Positions 58,662 through 64,000 of a stretch of DNA of 64,000 bases are shown one piece after another. The notes under the pieces were generated by a model. It ran no database searches and was not told the origin of the DNA. It worked only from the letters and a program-made list of their open reading frames with translations. A program made the position numbers and the translations under genes. This stretch comes from Bacteroidota bacterium (lineage in GTDB: Bacteria; Bacteroidota; Ignavibacteria; UBA10030): assembly GCA_040901865.1 (NCBI GenBank), contig JBBDYD010000194.1, positions 2,761-66,760 of the forward strand. The letters are read 5' to 3'. Within the stretch, counting starts at the first letter, position 1. Each line of letters begins with the position of its first letter.

Positions 58662-59372
58662 ATGAGTACCATTCAGGAATCGGTTTACAAAGAATCGGCC
58701 CCAGTCACCAATGAAGATGCCGCACGATACAAGGGAACGTGTGCATCGGAGCGTGCATCCCTGCAATCGATAGGGTGGCACCGACCCTCAACGTGCGGGG
58801 CATTTACGCTTAAAAGGATCACTTACGTTTGCCTTTTTTTTGTTGCGGCGATACCTCTGGCAACAGCGCAGGAGTCCGAGGCTCAGTCGGATGCGTTGGT
58901 TCTGTATGGTCAGATGAGGAGTATCGCGGAAGAGTTGGCCGCGGAGTTCAGTGTGCGTCCGGGACAGATCTTTGGCATGAGCGTCGAATCACAGCATCAG
59001 AAGACAGTCACTGAAAACCAGTTGCTGGAAGTTTTCAAAGAACGCGGGGCGTTGATTCACCTTTTTCCAGGTTCCGGGAGCGCGTCGGATTCGGTACTGA
59101 GGGTTGTTGTTCTCGTGCAAGAGGCAAAACGACATGAACGGGAAGAGGGCACGATCGTGAGGAGCGCTGAAACAGTAATAGATGCGCGGATTGAAACACG
59201 ATCAGGTGAAATTCCCGCGCAGAAAATGTTCCGTCGGACGACCACGGACACTCTGCAAACAAGAAATCGGACAGCGGAAATGTCGATGCTGGAGCGATTG
59301 CTCGAACCCGCAATTGTCATTGGAGGGGCCATACTGGTGGTGTATCTTCTTTTTACTGTGCGGAGTTCATGA
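58662..59372 (+). CDS. Hypothetical protein with internal signal-like segment and C-terminal TM anchor
   Basis: No recognisable family. The hydrophobic stretch VCLFFVAAIPLATAQE suggests the true start is downstream of 58662. The C-terminal TM helix is AIVIGGAILVVYLLF. Confidence 0.4.
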   Translation: MSTIQESVYKESAPVTNEDAARYKGTCASERASLQSIGWHRPSTCGAFTLKRITYVCLFFVAAIPLATAQESEAQSDALVLYGQMRSIAEELAAEFSVRPGQIFGMSVESQHQKTVTENQLLEVFKERGALIHLFPGSGSASDSVLRVVVLVQEAKRHEREEGTIVRSAETVIDARIETRSGEIPAQKMFRRTTTDTLQTRNRTAEMSMLERLLEPAIVIGGAILVVYLLFTVRSS

Positions 59373-60379
59373 AGCGGCTTCTGTGGATTGCTTTGTGGAT
59401 GGCGCCGCTGACGCATGCCCAGGAGGCAGGCCCGGCTCGGCTTCGACTCCTTGCTCTTGGTGATATTAATCTCGGCCGGTCTGTCGGCCAGATCCTGTTG
59501 AAAGACAGCATTGGTTACCCGTTTGTTTTTACAGCCCCCATTTTTCAGCACTATGACATTGTGTTTGGGAATCTGGAGAGCCAGGTAACCGACCAGGGAG
59601 GTGAAACTCAGCATCCCCGGGATCGATACATTTTCGCCGCCCCTCCGCAGGCAGCGCGGGCTCTCATCCAGGCAGGAATTTCCGTGGTCTCAACGGCGAA
59701 CAACCATGCATTCGATTACGGCATGCAGGGGCTCGCGGAAACTGTGGATCTTCTGGATGCAGCGGGGGTTCGTTTCATCGGCAGTTCAAAAGATTCTGTC
59801 GGATTGTTCAACCCCGCCCTCATTGAACGGAACGGGATTAGCATCGGATTCGTTGCTTATACAGAGTTTGTGAATCAAAAGGGGGCGTGGCAGGGAAGGA
59901 TATCGCTCTTTGATGCAGGGAGGGCCAGGAAAGAAATCGCCGCGCTTCGGGACGCAGCCGATATCATTGTAGCGAGCTATCATGGCGGGGTTGAATACGT
60001 CGATCGACCCCCGAAATACACACTCTCCCAAATGAGGCAGCTCATAGATCTCGGTGCGGATATAGTGATCGGACATCACCCTCATGTTCCGCAGGGAGTG
60101 GAGCAATACAAAGGAAAGTGGATATTTCATTCTCTCGGAAATTTTCTGTTTCTTCAAACACAGAGAGAGTGGACCCAGAAATCATTTGCCGTGGCCATGG
60201 AGTTTGTGAGGGATTCACAAAACGTCAGAATTGACGGTATCAGCTTGTTGCCTCTGCTGGTTTCCAATCAGCCGACATTTGAGGTCACAGGGCAAGCGAG
60301 AGAAACAATTTTCAGCCGTCTCGAACGGCTTTCATCGATTCCGCTAACAAGAAAGGACAGCGTCCTTGTCGTTCAATAA
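59369..60379 (+). CDS. CapA-family (metallophosphatase-like) protein, copy 2
   Basis: ALGDINLG, NLESQVT, NNHAFDYG, SYHGG and GHHPHVPQG. It is a paralog of 50599-51585. Confidence 0.85.
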   Translation: MKRLLWIALWMAPLTHAQEAGPARLRLLALGDINLGRSVGQILLKDSIGYPFVFTAPIFQHYDIVFGNLESQVTDQGGETQHPRDRYIFAAPPQAARALIQAGISVVSTANNHAFDYGMQGLAETVDLLDAAGVRFIGSSKDSVGLFNPALIERNGISIGFVAYTEFVNQKGAWQGRISLFDAGRARKEIAALRDAADIIVASYHGGVEYVDRPPKYTLSQMRQLIDLGADIVIGHHPHVPQGVEQYKGKWIFHSLGNFLFLQTQREWTQKSFAVAMEFVRDSQNVRIDGISLLPLLVSNQPTFEVTGQARETIFSRLERLSSIPLTRKDSVLVVQ

Positions 60380-61190
60380 CTTGCCGAAGGTACAATCACT
60401 CCTTGCTCTCATTGTGGTTGGCTCGATCCTGGCCGGATGCTCCCAGGAAGAGGCGACTGCCCCGAGGAGCGCGGAGATCATTTTCGAAAGTGCAATGGAA
60501 AAATACAAGAACGAGGATTTTCAGGAGGCGTATGAAGAGTTCCGAATCCTGACGCTTCAGTACCCTGGATCCGCGCTTTCGGACGATGCCCAGTTTCTCA
60601 TGGGTGAATGCAAATTCGCGAGAGAGGAATTCATTCTCTCCGCGTACGAATACGAAGTCGTCGTACGAACCATGCCGACCAGCGAATTCGTGCCGAATGC
60701 CCGTTACAAAATGGCCCTGTGTCACTATGAGTCCGCACGGCCGTTTTATCTCGAACAGGAGAGTACTCGGAAGTCCGTCGACGGATTCCAGGCCTTCATC
60801 GAGTATCATCCGACCGACGCGCGGGTGCCCGAAGCCGAGGCGAAAATTATTGAGTTGAATACCCGTCTGGCCCAGAAAGAGTTCGAAAGCGGCCTGATTT
60901 ATATGAAGATGGATTACTACAGGGCGGCGGGGGTCTCGTTTGACCATGTTCTTGAAAAGTATCATGATAGTCCCTACGCAGAGCCCGCTTACTTTAAAAA
61001 GGGTGAGGCCTTGTTCTACCGTCGGCGTTATAAAGAAGCAGGAGAAGTCCTCAAGAAGTTCATCGAGCGATACCCCACGAGTGCTCATCGCGAAGACGCC
61101 CTTTCCCTGATGAAGCAGATTGAGGGCCAGACAGCCGAAACTCGCCGCGTCGAAGAAGAAGTCACTCAATCAGGTGGAATCAAACGCTGA
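60366..61190 (+). CDS. bamD: Outer membrane protein assembly factor BamD
   Basis: Lipobox ILAGCS, then TPR-like BamD repeats (AQFLMGECKF, ARYKMALCHYE, GLIYMKMDYYRAA, AYFKKGEALF). Confidence 0.85.
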   Translation: MSFNNLPKVQSLLALIVVGSILAGCSQEEATAPRSAEIIFESAMEKYKNEDFQEAYEEFRILTLQYPGSALSDDAQFLMGECKFAREEFILSAYEYEVVVRTMPTSEFVPNARYKMALCHYESARPFYLEQESTRKSVDGFQAFIEYHPTDARVPEAEAKIIELNTRLAQKEFESGLIYMKMDYYRAAGVSFDHVLEKYHDSPYAEPAYFKKGEALFYRRRYKEAGEVLKKFIERYPTSAHREDALSLMKQIEGQTAETRRVEEEVTQSGGIKR

Positions 61191-61195
61191 AAACA

Positions 61196-61672
61196 ATGGC
61201 GACCCCGCGACCAAAGACCGTGAGAAATTCTCAAGTCGAAATGACCGAGATGGTTCTTCCGAATCACACGAACCGACTCGGGAATCTCCTCGGAGGTCAA
61301 CTGATGCATTGGATCGACATCTGTGCTGCCATTGCGTCGTTCCGCCACACGAACCGTATCTGTGTCACGGCCTCGGTCGATAATCTGAATTTTCTTCATC
61401 CCATTAAAGAGGGCGAAGTTGTCATCCTTCAGGGCTCGGTCAATAGGGCCTTCAGGACCTCCGTCGAAGTCGGAGTGAAGGTGACTTCGGAAAACCCTCT
61501 GAAGGGGATTCGCAAACACGCAAACACCGCTTATCTGACATTCGTTGCAATCGATGACAACGGCCAACCCGTGCCAGTGCCGCCTATTCGCCCGACTTCC
61601 CCGGCTGAGAAGCGGCGATATAGGGACGCAGCACGCAGGCGAGAGAATCGCCTCACGCATCGCAAAGGATGA
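61196..61672 (+). CDS. Acyl-CoA thioesterase (hotdog fold, YciA/BFIT-like)
   Basis: MVLPNHTNRLGNLLGGQLMHWID...TASVD...F..P is typical of family 4HBT-II thioesterases. Confidence 0.88.
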   Translation: MATPRPKTVRNSQVEMTEMVLPNHTNRLGNLLGGQLMHWIDICAAIASFRHTNRICVTASVDNLNFLHPIKEGEVVILQGSVNRAFRTSVEVGVKVTSENPLKGIRKHANTAYLTFVAIDDNGQPVPVPPIRPTSPAEKRRYRDAARRRENRLTHRKG

Positions 61673-61741
61673 CCCGACCTGTTCATCCTGCTCACCGCAA
61701 TTCCCCTCTGATACCTTGCGGTTGCGGAATGTAAATAGCCA

Positions 61742-63427
61742 ATGATAACCAGACGCTTTGTTGTTCCCCTCCTGCTCATTTCGTCTTTTGCTTTGGGTCA
61801 GATGAATTCTCTCGACCAGCTTCGGGCGCGGTTGGCGGAAAACGGAATTGAAATATCGGCGGAATCCGGAAAGTGCGGCACTCCGCTGATTGTCGAAGCG
61901 ATGCAGAGAATGCAAGACGCTCCCGCCGCCGTCCGCTCAGAGATCCAGTCCGCTCTTCAGCGCCCGACAAGACACGTGAACCGGCTCAGCACTTCTGGCC
62001 GCTTTCGCATTCACTACGACACCACCCTTACACACCAGCCTGCCATGATCTCGGGAGCCCCTGCATCGCGCGTGCCGAATTCGCACGAGGAGTTTGTGGA
62101 CTCCGTAGCATCGATTTTCGATCAAGTGTGGGAAAAGGAAATCGGCGAATTGGGATTCGAGCCACCGCCGGAGGACAATGGGGCCGGCGGAGGAAACGAG
62201 TATGATGTGTACATCGAATCTCAGAGCCCGGGAACTTTCGGAGGTACGTACTGGGAGCCAGGGGATATTCTTGAATCGGGAATCCACCAGCGCTATTCAA
62301 CCTACATTACCATCGATGTCGACTTCCTTGGTGAGCGTACTCCCGGGCTCGATGGAATTCGCGTTACCGCTGCTCATGAGTTTCATCATGCCGTTCAGGT
62401 TGGATCGTATGGCATTTGGACGAATGTTCCCGCCTTCGATTACTTTTTTTATGAGCTGAGTGCGGTTTGGCTTGAAGAAGTCGTTTTTGATGAGATCAAT
62501 GATTATTACTTTGATCTGGGTAATTTCTTCCTGAATTTCAAGGACTTGTCCAACCGGTCATTCGGATTCACAGTTTATGGTGCTCCCTGGCGTGGATACG
62601 AACGGAGTGTGTGGGCTTTGTTTCTCGAGAAGAAATACGGGCGTGACGTTTTGCGGCAGATTTGGGATGGGATGAAACGACTGCCGGCCCTCCAAAGCAT
62701 GGATGAAGTGCTCGAATTCCATGGAAGCAGTCTCGAATCATCCTTTGCAGAATTTGGCGCTTGGAACCTCTTTACAGGCTTCAGGGCCGATTCTTTGCTC
62801 TATTATGAGGAGGGTCGCAATTTTCCCGTTCTGTCAATGAACGCGTCAGCGGGATTTTCTGGTATGACGAGCTCCTTCAATGGATCTGCACTGCCACTGT
62901 CTCTCCAGTACTACCGGTTTGAATTGACCGGTGACACCGTTGTCGCGGTCATCGCAAACACGAATTCCAATAGCGCCTACTCGACTCCATCACAATTCGA
63001 ATCGTTTTCCGTCTCCCTGAGTTCGGGCACAGCGCAGGGAGCGACGCAAAAACTGAAGAACGGACGAACAGCCGGTTTCATTGCTGACGATTTCGGAGAA
63101 TGGCGGACCCACTACATCGGAATGACCCTGAACGTGGATATGCGACAGGAATCGTTTCCAGCGCCGAATCCCTTTCATCTCAGCGCTTCCGATCTCCTGA
63201 CTCTTCCCGTCGATAAAGCACCGGAGGGTCCGGTCGAAGTCTTCTTTCTGACTCCTTCACTGGACCTGGCGTACTCGGGGACTCATTTCATCACGAACAG
63301 GATCGGCAAATCGGAAGTCCTCGTTCCAACCAACGCCCTGCGACCGTATCTCTCCACCGGAGTCCATTTCGTGTTCCTTAAAACAGCGGAAAGAGAATAC
63401 GCCTGGAAGGTACTCGTTATACGATGA
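61742..63427 (+). CDS. Secreted HExxH-motif protein with T9SS-type C-terminal tail
   Basis: Signal peptide, a TAAHEFHHAVQ metal-binding-like motif, and a C-terminus (GVHFVFLKTAEREYAWKVLVIR) resembling a type-A Por/T9SS sorting domain. No closer family was recognised. Confidence 0.6.
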   Translation: MITRRFVVPLLLISSFALGQMNSLDQLRARLAENGIEISAESGKCGTPLIVEAMQRMQDAPAAVRSEIQSALQRPTRHVNRLSTSGRFRIHYDTTLTHQPAMISGAPASRVPNSHEEFVDSVASIFDQVWEKEIGELGFEPPPEDNGAGGGNEYDVYIESQSPGTFGGTYWEPGDILESGIHQRYSTYITIDVDFLGERTPGLDGIRVTAAHEFHHAVQVGSYGIWTNVPAFDYFFYELSAVWLEEVVFDEINDYYFDLGNFFLNFKDLSNRSFGFTVYGAPWRGYERSVWALFLEKKYGRDVLRQIWDGMKRLPALQSMDEVLEFHGSSLESSFAEFGAWNLFTGFRADSLLYYEEGRNFPVLSMNASAGFSGMTSSFNGSALPLSLQYYRFELTGDTVVAVIANTNSNSAYSTPSQFESFSVSLSSGTAQGATQKLKNGRTAGFIADDFGEWRTHYIGMTLNVDMRQESFPAPNPFHLSASDLLTLPVDKAPEGPVEVFFLTPSLDLAYSGTHFITNRIGKSEVLVPTNALRPYLSTGVHFVFLKTAEREYAWKVLVIR

Positions 63428-64000
63428 GAAACATTGTCTTGAAGGCTGAGAGAGTGTCCAAGAATTTCAACCGGAGAAATGTGCTCCGTGATATTTCGTT
63501 TGTTCTCTCGCCGGGAGAATCGCTGGCGGTGACGGGAAAAAACGGGTCGGGAAAGTCAACACTCGTAAAGATTCTCGCAGGGTTGCTTTCTCCGACCAGC
63601 GGGCTTGTTGTGTTCGAGGGTCCGGAATCAAGATTGAATCAGGACGAGATCCGACCGTTGATCGGCTTTGTGTCACCGTACCTCCAACTCTATGATGAAT
63701 TCTCGGCAGTCGAAATTCTCGACATTGTTGCCAGGATTCGCATGCCGGGAGCGTACGATCAGACCCGCAGACGAAACCTCCTGGAACAGTTCAATCTCTG
63801 GGGCAGAAAAGACGATGCCGTTCGAACATATTCTTCGGGGATGAAACAACGCCTGAAGTATGTTCTGGCACTGGAGCATTCTCCCGCGATCCTCCTGCTG
63901 GACGAGCCGACGGCAAATCTTGACGAAGACGGAATCGGCGCCGTCCGGAGCGTTGTAGCAGAGTACGGGAAATCCGGTGCTTTGGTTGTTGCAACCAATG
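63424..64000 (+). CDS. ABC transporter ATP-binding protein (3' end outside window)
   Basis: The ATG at 63424 overlaps the previous stop. Translation gives MRNIVLKAERVSKNF...GKNGSGKSTL (Walker A), YSSGMKQRL (signature) and LLLDEPTANLD (Walker B). It is absent from the ORF track because it runs off the window. Confidence 0.9.
   Translation, partial: MRNIVLKAERVSKNFNRRNVLRDISFVLSPGESLAVTGKNGSGKSTLVKILAGLLSPTSGLVVFEGPESRLNQDEIRPLIGFVSPYLQLYDEFSAVEILDIVARIRMPGAYDQTRRRNLLEQFNLWGRKDDAVRTYSSGMKQRLKYVLALEHSPAILLLDEPTANLDEDGIGAVRSVVAEYGKSGALVVATN

Overview
A 64 kb chromosomal segment from a bacterium. RNase Y, BamD, a T9SS-type C-terminal tail and a Chlorobium-like pterin cluster suggest an FCB-group (Ignavibacteria/Chlorobi-like) organism; this is inference only. 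Most of the window is densely packed housekeeping DNA. It includes rpmI-rplT-pheST, zapA, rny, coaE, purF, ftsY, mutL, a split methylmalonyl-CoA mutase, TldD/PmbA, maf and cspA. It also includes a family-B DNA polymerase, an SPFH/NfeD pair, pyrKD, folC, rho, a thiolase/hbd/acd cluster, DAHP synthase, a PAS-GAF histidine kinase with two receiver proteins, htpX and bamD. No CRISPR array, integrase, transposase or recognisable defence system was seen.

The unusual part is 29.9-36.2 kb. Two intact type-II tRNA-Ser genes (GGA at 30022-30108, CGA at 35545-35631, both on the minus strand) each sit next to decayed paralogous copies of themselves. These copies have been split open by short TCCC...GGGA hairpin modules. 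The modules sit exactly in the T-loop, the D-loop and (in one copy) the anticodon loop, never in a stem. At the GGA locus the copies are interleaved with a small GIY-YIG nuclease gene, whose stop codon lies inside the intact tRNA, and with a duplicated 3' fragment of that gene. A 46-bp tract is identical between the two loci. These two direct repeats bracket a four-gene synthase-type exopolysaccharide operon (receiver, TPR/beta-barrel, HEAT-repeat protein, processive GT2).

I consider this tRNA-Ser / GIY-YIG / loop-hairpin arrangement the best candidate for something undescribed. Its mechanism is inference only. Secondary observations:
- a 6S-RNA-like structured element downstream of zapA
- a PolB with degenerate exonuclease motifs
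- a eukaryote-like PTPS/FolE/SDR pterin cluster
- a REC-DHp protein lacking an ATPase domain
- a Tat-signal TldD paired with a signal-less PmbA
- two frameshifted genes

All calls come from reading the sequence and the ORF translations. No searches or folding programs were run.
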